From Promethearchaeota archaeon (GTDB lineage: Archaea; Asgardarchaeota; Lokiarchaeia; Sigyniarchaeales; SOKP01): a stretch of 64,000 bases of DNA. Location: NCBI GenBank assembly GCA_048940445.1, contig JBHLON010000003.1, positions 77,978 through 141,977 on the forward strand. Reading direction: 5' to 3'. A program made the translations under genes and the position numbers. Positions 20,680 through 29,583 of this stretch are shown here, in pieces; positions within the stretch are counted from its first letter, which is position 1, and every line of letters begins with the position of its first letter. The notes beneath the pieces are model-generated. The model was not told where the DNA came from and searched no databases. It saw nothing but the letters and a program-made list of their open reading frames with translations.

Positions 20680-20782
20680 AGCCAGTGATGGGAATTGTAG
20701 ATTAGAGAGAATTCCAAAAATCTTTTGCACCCATGAATAACGGCTCTGCAGGCCGCCTCCTTAACTGCTCGGATACACTGGC
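20680..20782 (-). tRNA. tRNA-Cys(GCA) with a 30-nt intron in the T-loop (position 59/60)
   Basis: acceptor GCCAGTG/CACTGGC plus U73; D stem TCC/GGA; anticodon arm GCGGC-CT GCA GA-GCCGT; T stem ATGGG/CCCAT; CCA not encoded. Confidence 0.92.
20694..20723 (-). other. tRNA intron with bulge-helix-bulge motif
   Basis: central helix UGCA/UACA (one C-A mismatch), bulges AAA and AUU, intron helix GAUU/AAUC; removal restores the 7-nt T-loop UGCAAAU. Confidence 0.8.
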
Positions 20783-20793
20783 AATACACATCT

Positions 20794-20848
20794 TTGATTT
20801 CAACCTCCAGTCCAACCCAATCTAGGATTGGAAGAGTCATTTAATCAG
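20794..20848 (-). promoter_or_regulatory. structured 5' leader upstream of tRNA-Cys
   Basis: UCCAAUCC/GGGUUGGA 8-bp hairpin extended by CUCU/GGAG and UGAUU/AAUCA; TATAAAAA near 20876-20883. Confidence 0.45.
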
Positions 20849-21007
20849 GTTAATTTTTTTATTGTTTATTCTTCTTTTTATATTTTAATTTTAATAAATT
20901 CTCTATAATAAACTATATAGTTCAAATTAATCTAAAAGTTTTCTTTTTATAGAACAGAGAAAATATATAAAAATAGATAGTTTAAAATAAATTAATTACG
21001 AAAAGAT

Positions 21008-21535
21008 CTATTTTTTACAAACTTTATTCATACATGAATCACAACAGAGTCCTTCTTTGGTGATTCCACATTTACCAAAATCAAAGTCAAAATTTAATAC
21101 AAAATCCTCAACAATTTCCGTGATAACATCAATAGATACAGAGATGACATTAGGATTTTTTCTAAAATGATGATTTACAATATGATCTAGGCGTTCTAAT
21201 TTAGGACTGGCCATTAGCACACTAATATTAGAAGAACCACTTAACTTAAATGCATTTAACATATAAGGGCATTTCTTCACTAAATCAATTATTTCCGAAG
21301 TATTTAATGTTTGGATTTCAGCTCTAGCAAGAAACAAATCAGTTGTTTTAACATTAATGCCAGCTTGAAACTTTAAAATTCCATTTTCTTCTAATTTTCT
21401 GATACGCATTCCAATAGTTGGTTGAGAGCGATTAACTTTTTTAGCAATCTCGGTATGGGTAAGCGTCGGCTCTTTTTGGATTAATTGAATTATATTTCTA
21501 TCAATATCGTCAATTTCGAATAATTCAGTTGCCAT
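21008..21535 (-). CDS. Lrp/AsnC family regulator with a Cys-rich tail (paralog of 16516..17064)
   Basis: IDDIDRNII, SQPTIGMRIRKL, CPYMLNAF, tail CG...CCDSC....C. Confidence 0.9.
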   Translation of the reverse strand: MATELFEIDDIDRNIIQLIQKEPTLTHTEIAKKVNRSQPTIGMRIRKLEENGILKFQAGINVKTTDLFLARAEIQTLNTSEIIDLVKKCPYMLNAFKLSGSSNISVLMASPKLERLDHIVNHHFRKNPNVISVSIDVITEIVEDFVLNFDFDFGKCGITKEGLCCDSCMNKVCKK

Positions 21536-21712
21536 TTTTCAACACTTTTAATATTTTTATATATGTTTATCCTTATTGATATATGTTGATATGCCGATAT
21601 TTAAATATTTCGGTTGATATATATTTCCTTATCAACATAAATAAGTTATAATAAGAATAATTAAAAACGACCTTTATGAATAATTTAATTAACAGAGTTA
21701 GGAATTAATAAG

Positions 21713-22060
21713 ATGTCAGAAGCTAACACGGAACTAATTAAACTTTTAAAAATAATCAGTGATGATACTCGTTTAAATATCCTAGAACAATTAAAAGATG
21801 ACAGTAAATCCTCTAAACAATTAGAAGAAATATTAGGAAAAAAGCAATCAACGATCTCGCATCACTTAAACACTTTGATTGAGGCTAATTTAATTGAATC
21901 TCAAATTAGAGAAATTGATAAAAAGAATATTAACTTTTATAGAATAAAAAATGAAGAGATACTTAAGTTACTCTCTCAGATAAGAAATTTCGTGGAAAAT
22001 CTTAACAGTAAAGAATTTTTAGAGAGAAAAAAAAGAGGATTATATGATATACTAAGTTAG
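21713..22060 (+). CDS. ArsR/SmtB family regulator
   Basis: ISDDTRLNIL, QSTISHHLNTL, wing FYRI. Confidence 0.9.
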   Translation: MSEANTELIKLLKIISDDTRLNILEQLKDDSKSSKQLEEILGKKQSTISHHLNTLIEANLIESQIREIDKKNINFYRIKNEEILKLLSQIRNFVENLNSKEFLERKKRGLYDILS

Positions 22061-22096
22061 CTAATTTAAATTCTACTATAGTATAATGGTAATTTA

Positions 22097-22645
22097 ATGA
22101 CAAAAAAAATTGACAATTTAAATGAAAAATCTATAAAAAAGATCATTTTCATTGGTTTAGATAATGGTGGTAAAACTTCTATAATTTTGAGCTTAAAAGG
22201 AATTAATTTAATGTCATTAAACACTTCAAATCCCACAAGAGGAATTGAAACTTCAAATTTAACGTTAAGTGATGAAAGATTTAATATCTGGGATTTCGGT
22301 GGTCAAGAACAATATAGAATTAAACATTTAGAGGAATTTAGAATTAACTTCAAAGAAACTGATAAATTGATATATGTTATTGATATCCAAGACCTTGAAA
22401 GGTATGACTTGGCAATAAATTATCTAAAAAAAATTTTGAATAAAATAAATAAAGGATTTAATCAAATTAAGTTTTCTCTCTTTTTACATAAATACGATCC
22501 TAATTTAAAGGAAGTTAAACCTGAAATTACTGATGCTATAGTGGAAGATTTAATCTCAAAAATAAAAGAGCTTCTTCCTTCCAAATTTTGGGACGAAATC
22601 TATAAAACAACAATTTATACCGTTTTCGAAAGAACAAATGTTTAA
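22097..22645 (+). CDS. Asgard small GTPase (Arf/Rag-like)
   Basis: G1 GLDNGGKTS, G2 PTRG, G3 WDFGGQ, G4 HKYD, G5 TTIY. Confidence 0.93.
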   Translation: MTKKIDNLNEKSIKKIIFIGLDNGGKTSIILSLKGINLMSLNTSNPTRGIETSNLTLSDERFNIWDFGGQEQYRIKHLEEFRINFKETDKLIYVIDIQDLERYDLAINYLKKILNKINKGFNQIKFSLFLHKYDPNLKEVKPEITDAIVEDLISKIKELLPSKFWDEIYKTTIYTVFERTNV

Positions 22646-22710
22646 AAAAGTAATTAATAACATAATACTTTAATATATAATATAAATTTTCAAACTCCTT
22701 TAAAGATAAC

Positions 22711-25353
22711 ATGAACAAATTATATGAAAGAAAGAAATCTCATTTAGACTATTACATTTTCTTTTTAATCCTAATTCTTATAATCTTAACAAGTTTCTAT
22801 AGTTATTTGCTATTTCATACTCTTGCTGAATTTTTTAGTATTGTAATAAAAATTACAATATTCTCTATTTTATGGAATTCAAGAGAACATCTAGATAATT
22901 CATTCTTTTTAGTTGTGGGTTTATCTTTTATATTTATAGGATTTATAGACTTACTCCACACATTAGCCTATACTGGAATGAATATTTTCTTTGGTTATGG
23001 TACCAATCTTCCTACGCAATTATGGATAGCCGCGAGGTATTTGCAAGCAATAACATTTTTAATAGCTTCTTTAGTTTTAAGGAAAACAGTCAACGGAAAC
23101 TATTTCCTCATTGGATTCTCTCTTTACACAGGATTAATTATAACATTTATTTTTATGGGAATATTCCCAGTATGCTATATAGATCCAAATTTAGGATTAA
23201 CACCTTTTAAAATAATAAGTGAATATGTTATCGACACTATATTAATAATAACTATTTATATACTGTATAGGAAGCGTTCCACTTTTGATAAGAACATATT
23301 CTTTTTAATCATCAGCTCAATGATCATAACTATAGCTTCCGAGTTATCATTTACATTATATACTACTGCTGTTGGCATCCCCAATTTAATTGGTCATATC
23401 TTTAAAATTATGGCTTTTTTTCTATTATATAAAGCAATAATTAGTATAGGATTAAAAAATCCAATTGATCTTTTATACCGAAAATTAAAATTGAGCGAAG
23501 AGAAGTATAGACTATTTGTAGAGAGTGCCCATGAAGGCATTTGGGTAATCGATAAAAATGCTTATACTACCTATATCAATAAAAGAATAATGGAAATTCT
23601 GGGATACTCTGAACAAGAAATGATTGGAAAACATTTATTTGTTTTTATGGATAAGGAAAATATTGAAAGATCCAAGTATTATTTGAAAAGGAGACAACAA
23701 GGTATTAAAGAACAACATGATTTTGAATTTTTACATAAAAATGGTAAAAAAGTTTATACTAGATTAGAAACAGCACCCTTTCTTGATGAAAAACAAGAGT
23801 ATGATGGTGCAATTGCTTTTATATCAGATATAACAGAAAAAAAAAAAGCAGAAGAAGCACTCATCAACAGTGAAAAAAAATATCGCAATTTAGTTGAGAA
23901 TATACCCAACGTAATTTATTCAACTTTGGCAAATGAAAGAAGGACTGTAATCTTTATTTCAGATTTGTGGAAAGTATGGACGGGTATAACTCCAGAAGAA
24001 CATTATAATGATGAGAACATGTGGCTAAAAATCATTCATCCTGAGGATCGAGATAAAATAAAGAAGCAATTTCATGAAAATATTTCTTCAAAAAGAGGAT
24101 ATGATCTAGAATATCGTGCAATTCATAAGGATACAGAGGAAGTGTTTTATTTAAGAGACCAAGGAGTCCCTATTGAGGATGAAACAGGTAAAATAATTCG
24201 ATATGATGGAATTATCTCAAATATAACTTTACAAAAAAAATTTGAAAAAGCTCTAAAGAAAAGCGAAAGTGAATTGAAGGAAATTGTAAAAGAGATAACA
24301 TGCTTATATCGAATTTCAGGTTTCGCTTCTAGCTTTAACAAGGATGAATCGGATTTATTTAAAGAAATTCTTGAAATACTTCCCTCAGCGTTTCAATTTC
24401 CAGAAAGAACATACGCAAGAATCATATTTGATGGACAAGAATTTAGTTCTAAAAATTTTAAATTCTCTGATTGGAATATAAAAGCAGATATTAAAGTACA
24501 TGATAAAAAAATGGGTTTAGTTGAAATATTTCTACACAACAATATTCCTAAGTCTAATGAGAAACCTTTTTTAAAAGAAGAAGAGGATTTAAATCGTGCA
24601 ATTGCTGAAATAATCAGTAGATTTATAGAACATAAAAAAGCCGAACAAAAATTAGAGCAATTTGTATCTACTGTGTCGCATGAATTACGTAATCCTATAG
24701 CGGTTTTAATGATGTCGTTAAATTACTTAAATAAATACAAAGAAAATATTACAGATGAGCAAAAAGGTAGTTTAATGCGTGGAATCATAAGAAACGTTAA
24801 TTTACTTAATGAATTAGTTAATGATCTTCTAACATTATCAAGAATAGAAGAGAAAAAAATGGTGTTAGAATGGAAGATTTATTCACCTCCTGAGATGGTC
24901 TCTGAAGTTCTGGACTTAATGGAACCAAACTTTAGATCAAAAGATATTATAATAGAATTGGATATAAAAAAAGATCTAATGTTAATGGGAGATGTTAATA
25001 TTGTTAAACAAATTTTTAGAATCTTCATAGATAACGCTTGCAAATATTCTGAGAGGGGATCTAAAATCGTCATTAAAGCTATTGATCAATATTTTGGAAA
25101 GTTTAATCCTGAAAGAAAAGATGGAATTCTATTTCAAATTATAGATTTTGGAATAGGAATACATAAAGAGGATATTCCTTTTATTTTCGATAGATTTTAT
25201 CGAGCCAACTCGGTCAAAGATATACCCGGAACGGGACTTGGATTGACAATAGCAAAAGAGTTGATTCAGCTTCATCAAGGAAAAGTATATGTTGAAAGCG
25301 AATTTGGAAATGGAACGATTTTTTCAATTTTTTTTCCAAAGATTCAAATTTAA
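22711..25353 (+). CDS. membrane sensor histidine kinase (MASE3 - 2 PAS - GAF-like - HisKA - HATPase)
   Basis: MASE3 motifs YLLFHTLAE, DLLHTLAY, QLWIAARY, GHIFK; H-box SHELRNP (H657); DNACKYS, DFGIGI, GTGLGL. Confidence 0.93.
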   Translation: MNKLYERKKSHLDYYIFFLILILIILTSFYSYLLFHTLAEFFSIVIKITIFSILWNSREHLDNSFFLVVGLSFIFIGFIDLLHTLAYTGMNIFFGYGTNLPTQLWIAARYLQAITFLIASLVLRKTVNGNYFLIGFSLYTGLIITFIFMGIFPVCYIDPNLGLTPFKIISEYVIDTILIITIYILYRKRSTFDKNIFFLIISSMIITIASELSFTLYTTAVGIPNLIGHIFKIMAFFLLYKAIISIGLKNPIDLLYRKLKLSEEKYRLFVESAHEGIWVIDKNAYTTYINKRIMEILGYSEQEMIGKHLFVFMDKENIERSKYYLKRRQQGIKEQHDFEFLHKNGKKVYTRLETAPFLDEKQEYDGAIAFISDITEKKKAEEALINSEKKYRNLVENIPNVIYSTLANERRTVIFISDLWKVWTGITPEEHYNDENMWLKIIHPEDRDKIKKQFHENISSKRGYDLEYRAIHKDTEEVFYLRDQGVPIEDETGKIIRYDGIISNITLQKKFEKALKKSESELKEIVKEITCLYRISGFASSFNKDESDLFKEILEILPSAFQFPERTYARIIFDGQEFSSKNFKFSDWNIKADIKVHDKKMGLVEIFLHNNIPKSNEKPFLKEEEDLNRAIAEIISRFIEHKKAEQKLEQFVSTVSHELRNPIAVLMMSLNYLNKYKENITDEQKGSLMRGIIRNVNLLNELVNDLLTLSRIEEKKMVLEWKIYSPPEMVSEVLDLMEPNFRSKDIIIELDIKKDLMLMGDVNIVKQIFRIFIDNACKYSERGSKIVIKAIDQYFGKFNPERKDGILFQIIDFGIGIHKEDIPFIFDRFYRANSVKDIPGTGLGLTIAKELIQLHQGKVYVESEFGNGTIFSIFFPKIQI

Positions 25354-25426
25354 ATATTGAAAAATCTTAAATAATGATTCAATAAATATAAAAATTAAGA
25401 CATCCATTTTAATGTAGGGCTTATTA

Positions 25427-26320
25427 ATGAAACCCCTAATCATGATTGTAGAGGATAATGTGGATCTCCTTTATGCTATTAAATTGACTTTAGAAGCTAA
25501 TAAATTTCGAGTAATTTCAGCTAAAAATGGAAGGGAAGCACTCGATCTTATTTCACAATCATATAATCCTCCTGAAGTTATAATAAGTGACATTATAATG
25601 CCCGATATAGATGGATACGAATTCTTTACAGAAGTTTCAAAAAACCCGAGATTAAATCAAATTCCTTTTATCTTCCTAACAGCTAAATCGTCTCCAGAAG
25701 ATATTCGTTTCGGTAAACTATTAGGAGTAGATGACTATTTAACGAAACCCTTTAATGAAGATGATTTATTAGCTGTTATTTCCGGTAAAATAGCAAGAAA
25801 TGAGAAAAGAAAAAATATAAAAGAAAAGATGGAAGTAATCTTATCGTCTCTTGATATTGAACCTTCAATTTCAATGGATGATCAAGAAAAAATTTTTTTG
25901 CTCTTAATGTATTGGGATGATAAATATGGTCCAAAATTACAAGATCATTACCCTAAAACTAATATACTTTCTGTATCTTTTGAAGATATTGGAAATCAGC
26001 TTTTTCAGGCAACATTATTTATATATGGGCATGGAAAAATCACGAATGCCGAAGGAATTCTTTTAAATCTTGAAAACATCAAAATGTCTGGTTATGCTTA
26101 CTTCGATTCATATCCCGCAGAACATGAACGATTTGGTCAAAAGCAATATATGTTAGCTGTTATTGCACCAAATATTAGTTATTTTCATTCTTTAAAGATA
26201 AAGGCAATATTTAACCAAATTTCAAGAAGAATAAATAGTAAAATGAAAATTGATCTCAAAGCTTTATGGACAGAAATTACTACTATCCTAACTTCAAGTA
26301 TAATTCCTTTGAATCCTTGA
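25427..26320 (+). CDS. response regulator: REC fused to a longin/uDENN-like domain
   Basis: REC: VEDN, D55 in ISDIIMP, FLTA, KPF; C-terminal YWDDKYGPKL...HYP and HERFGQKQYMLAVI resemble NPRL2/FLCN/SMCR8 longin motifs (REC call firm, longin call inferred). Confidence 0.8.
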   Translation: MKPLIMIVEDNVDLLYAIKLTLEANKFRVISAKNGREALDLISQSYNPPEVIISDIIMPDIDGYEFFTEVSKNPRLNQIPFIFLTAKSSPEDIRFGKLLGVDDYLTKPFNEDDLLAVISGKIARNEKRKNIKEKMEVILSSLDIEPSISMDDQEKIFLLLMYWDDKYGPKLQDHYPKTNILSVSFEDIGNQLFQATLFIYGHGKITNAEGILLNLENIKMSGYAYFDSYPAEHERFGQKQYMLAVIAPNISYFHSLKIKAIFNQISRRINSKMKIDLKALWTEITTILTSSIIPLNP

Positions 26321-26339
26321 TTTCTCCTTGCTCTTAATT

Positions 26340-27278
26340 TTAATCTTCAAACAAGTCTGTTGATAAGTATCTCTCTCCGGTATCAGGTAAAATTATTACG
26401 ATATTTTCACCTTTCTTAAACTTTTTTGAAACTATATGAATACCTGCCCATGTTGCAGCCCCACTAGAGACACCTACAAAAATTCCTTCTAATTTAGCTA
26501 ATTTTCTTGAGGTTTCTACGGCATCTTCATATTCAACTTGAATTATTTCATCATAAATTTCAGTGTTTAATACATCAGGTATAAACCCTGCACCAATCCC
26601 TTGAATTTTGTGAGGGCCTGGTTCACCTCCAGATAACACAGGAGAATCTTTTGGCTCTACGGCATAAATTTTTATACTTGGCCCGATTTTCTTTTTAAGC
26701 ATTTCACCAACACCCGTAATTGTTCCTCCAGTTCCTATTCCTGCTATAAATCCATCAACTTTCCCTTCTAGATCATTGTATATTTCATTTGCAGTAGTTA
26801 TACGGTGTATTTGAGGATTAGCTTCATTTTTAAATTGTTGAGGTATGAATACTTTGTCTTTTTCTTTAGATAACTCTTCGGCCTTTTCAATAGCACCTTT
26901 CATTCCTTTAGCGGCTGGAGTCAAGACTAATTCAGCTCCATATGCTTTTAAAATCTTCCTTCTTTCAACGGACATGCTCTCAGGCATAGTAAGAATTAAT
27001 TTATAACCTTTGGCAGCGCAAACTAAAGCTAAACCAATTCCTGTGTTACCTGATGTTGGTTCAATAATTATTGTATCTCTTTTTAAAATATTAGCCTTTT
27101 CAGCCGCTTCAATCATAGCCATACAAATCCTATCCTTAACACTAGAACCAGGATTGAAAGCTTCAATTTTTACAAAAATATTTGGTTCTATTCCTTCAGT
27201 AACTTTATTAAGTTTTACTAAGGGCGTATTTCCTATTGTTTCAATTATGTTATCATATACTTTCATTATTTTAAGCAC
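26340..27278 (-). CDS. cysK: cysteine synthase A (O-acetylserine sulfhydrylase)
   Basis: IGNTPLV, SVKDR (PLP Lys), [28 protein letters not shown]; true start probably the ATG at 27266. Confidence 0.97.
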   Translation of the reverse strand: MLKIMKVYDNIIETIGNTPLVKLNKVTEGIEPNIFVKIEAFNPGSSVKDRICMAMIEAAEKANILKRDTIIIEPTSGNTGIGLALVCAAKGYKLILTMPESMSVERRKILKAYGAELVLTPAAKGMKGAIEKAEELSKEKDKVFIPQQFKNEANPQIHRITTANEIYNDLEGKVDGFIAGIGTGGTITGVGEMLKKKIGPSIKIYAVEPKDSPVLSGGEPGPHKIQGIGAGFIPDVLNTEIYDEIIQVEYEDAVETSRKLAKLEGIFVGVSSGAATWAGIHIVSKKFKKGENIVIILPDTGERYLSTDLFED

Positions 27279-27305
27279 TCTTTTATTTTAATTTTAAAAT
27301 TCAAA

Positions 27306-28151
27306 TTAAATTCCTCCCCCATAATTTCCATAGAATATCTCTATTTCATCCTGTCGTTTGTCCGAAGATATTGAAAAAGTGGTCTCTAAATGTTTAATTC
27401 TTTTTTCTAAACTTGAGAGTGCTATTGAAATAGGATCAGGTAAATCCCCATGTCTTAAATCAATTTTCTCAATTTTCTCTCCTTTTCGGGATATAACTTT
27501 CCCAGGCACTCCAACAACTACTGAATTTGGTGGAACATCTTCAACGACCACTGAATTTGCTCCTATTCTTACATTGTCTCCTATCGTAACAGGTCCTAAT
27601 ATTTTCGCTCCAGTGCCAATCACTACATCATTACCAATAGTTGGATGACGTTTTCCCTTTTCTAGTCTAGTGCCTCCAAGTACTACTCCAGCATATATCG
27701 TAACATTATTACCAATAATGCTGGTCTCACCAATAACTACGCTTCCTCCATGATCGATGAAGAAATCACTTCCAATTTTCGCTCCTGGATGAATTTCAAT
27801 ACCGCTAAGATCTCGAGAAATCTCTGAAAGATACCTTGGTACAAAAGGCATTTTAATTTTCCAGAAAAAATGTGCTATACGATGCATCAAAATGGCCTTG
27901 ATTCCAGGATAGCTAGTTAATACTTCTATTAAGGTGTTAGCAGCAGGATCTTTATTAAAAGCAGCGTTTACATCGGAGATAAAGAAATCCAAAATTCTTT
28001 GCAGATTCTCATTGATTTCTTTGTGATTTATATCTTCTGATTTGAAATCTAATTTTAGCATACATTCTGTGCATTCACTATGAAATTTTGCGGCTTTGAC
28101 TCCTAATTTCTTACCACAATTCAAACATCTTATAAATTCTTCGGTTTTCAT
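27306..28151 (-). CDS. cysE: serine O-acetyltransferase with an N-terminal zinc-finger extension
   Basis: [29 protein letters not shown], hexapeptide repeats; extra CxxC...CxxC. Confidence 0.95.
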   Translation of the reverse strand: MKTEEFIRCLNCGKKLGVKAAKFHSECTECMLKLDFKSEDINHKEINENLQRILDFFISDVNAAFNKDPAANTLIEVLTSYPGIKAILMHRIAHFFWKIKMPFVPRYLSEISRDLSGIEIHPGAKIGSDFFIDHGGSVVIGETSIIGNNVTIYAGVVLGGTRLEKGKRHPTIGNDVVIGTGAKILGPVTIGDNVRIGANSVVVEDVPPNSVVVGVPGKVISRKGEKIEKIDLRHGDLPDPISIALSSLEKRIKHLETTFSISSDKRQDEIEIFYGNYGGGI

Positions 28152-28293
28152 TCTGTCATATTTTAGATTATCTTAATAATGAAAATAAATTCACTACAAA
28201 CAAATAAGTTTTGTTTATAAATCATAAAAGTTTATCATCTTTTTTTTAATATGAATAATATAATAACTCAAAATGAAACTTAAATGAAAACAA

Positions 28294-29475
28294 GTGAGGA
28301 AAACTATGAGTGTAAATTGGCAAAAAATAAGAAATGAACAATTTCCATCTTTAAAAAAAATAACTTATATTATGGCAGGATCTGCATCTCCCTTAAGTAT
28401 GGAAGCATATAGGAGAGGTGTATCTTATTTTGAAGATATGTTGTATTATGGTGACATTCATTATGACGATTTTATTGAACAGGTTGAGCAAACTAGAAAA
28501 AATGTTGCTGAATATCTTAATGTTAAACCAGAAAATATAGCTTTTTTGACAAATACTTCATCAGGGATGAATATTGTTGCTAGATTTTTAGAAAATGGTG
28601 AATTTTTATATCCCTCAATCGAATTTCCTGCTTCTGTGCATATTTTTAAGCGCTTAAAGTTTCCAAGTATAAAAGTAAACGATACAAACCATCGCTATTT
28701 AATTGAAAATTTCAATCAATATATATCAGATAAGACTAAATATATCATCCATAGCCACGTCCAATCACTCACAGGATTTAGGCAAGATCTTAAAAAACTA
28801 GGTGCATTTTGCGAAGAATATCATATACTTAATATAATAAATGCAACCCAGTCATTTTGTTCTTTTAATATTGATACAAAAAATTCTAATATTGATATCC
28901 TTACTGCTAATCCATTAAAATGGGGTGCATGTGGCTATGGAGTAGGAATTCTCTATATGAATCCTACTCTTTTAAGTGAAAAAGAGATTCCATTTTCTAG
29001 TTGGTTAAGTGTTGCTGATCCTTTTTATTTAAATAATGAAAATATTAATGTAATTAACAAAGTAAAGTATATGGATGCTTTTGGAGGGTGCTCTAACATT
29101 CCAGCACTTCTATCGTTTACTGGTAGTCTAGATTTAATTAAATATCAAATAGGGAAAGGTAAGATTAAGGATGGTATTAAAAGAATCCAAGAAAGAATCA
29201 TTCATTTAACAGATATTTTCCTTGAAGAGATTAAAGCTTATAATATTAAGATAATAACACCTTTAGAAACTGAATTTAGATCAGGAATAATTACTCTCGA
29301 ACACCAAAAAGCAGAGAAAATTTATAATGACTTAGTAAAAAATCAGATTTATATTACCTTGAAACGTTATCCAAATGTTCCCGAACAAACATTACTTCGA
29401 TTTGCTTTTCATTACTATAATAACGAAAACGATATTAAGAGAGTAATGAAAGTTTTTAGAATCCTAAATATATAA
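28294..29475 (+). CDS. class V PLP-dependent enzyme (C-S lyase/cysteine desulfurase-like)
   Basis: NTSSGMN, EFPAS, INATQS, ANPLKW (PLP Lys), SGII, LRFAFHYYN. Confidence 0.85.
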   Translation: MRKTMSVNWQKIRNEQFPSLKKITYIMAGSASPLSMEAYRRGVSYFEDMLYYGDIHYDDFIEQVEQTRKNVAEYLNVKPENIAFLTNTSSGMNIVARFLENGEFLYPSIEFPASVHIFKRLKFPSIKVNDTNHRYLIENFNQYISDKTKYIIHSHVQSLTGFRQDLKKLGAFCEEYHILNIINATQSFCSFNIDTKNSNIDILTANPLKWGACGYGVGILYMNPTLLSEKEIPFSSWLSVADPFYLNNENINVINKVKYMDAFGGCSNIPALLSFTGSLDLIKYQIGKGKIKDGIKRIQERIIHLTDIFLEEIKAYNIKIITPLETEFRSGIITLEHQKAEKIYNDLVKNQIYITLKRYPNVPEQTLLRFAFHYYNNENDIKRVMKVFRILNI

Positions 29476-29583
29476 GAAATTCAAATTGACTTCAAATTTT
29501 CTTCGAAGTATGAATGAACTTCATTTTTAAAAACTTTATTTTGAATTAAAATATAATATGAACTAGAAAAAAATACAAAGAAT

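Noticed and set aside
22058-22099. TAG read-through fusing ArsR to the in-frame GTPase
   Set aside because: A second in-frame stop (TAA at 22067) follows, and no pyrrolysine genes are present
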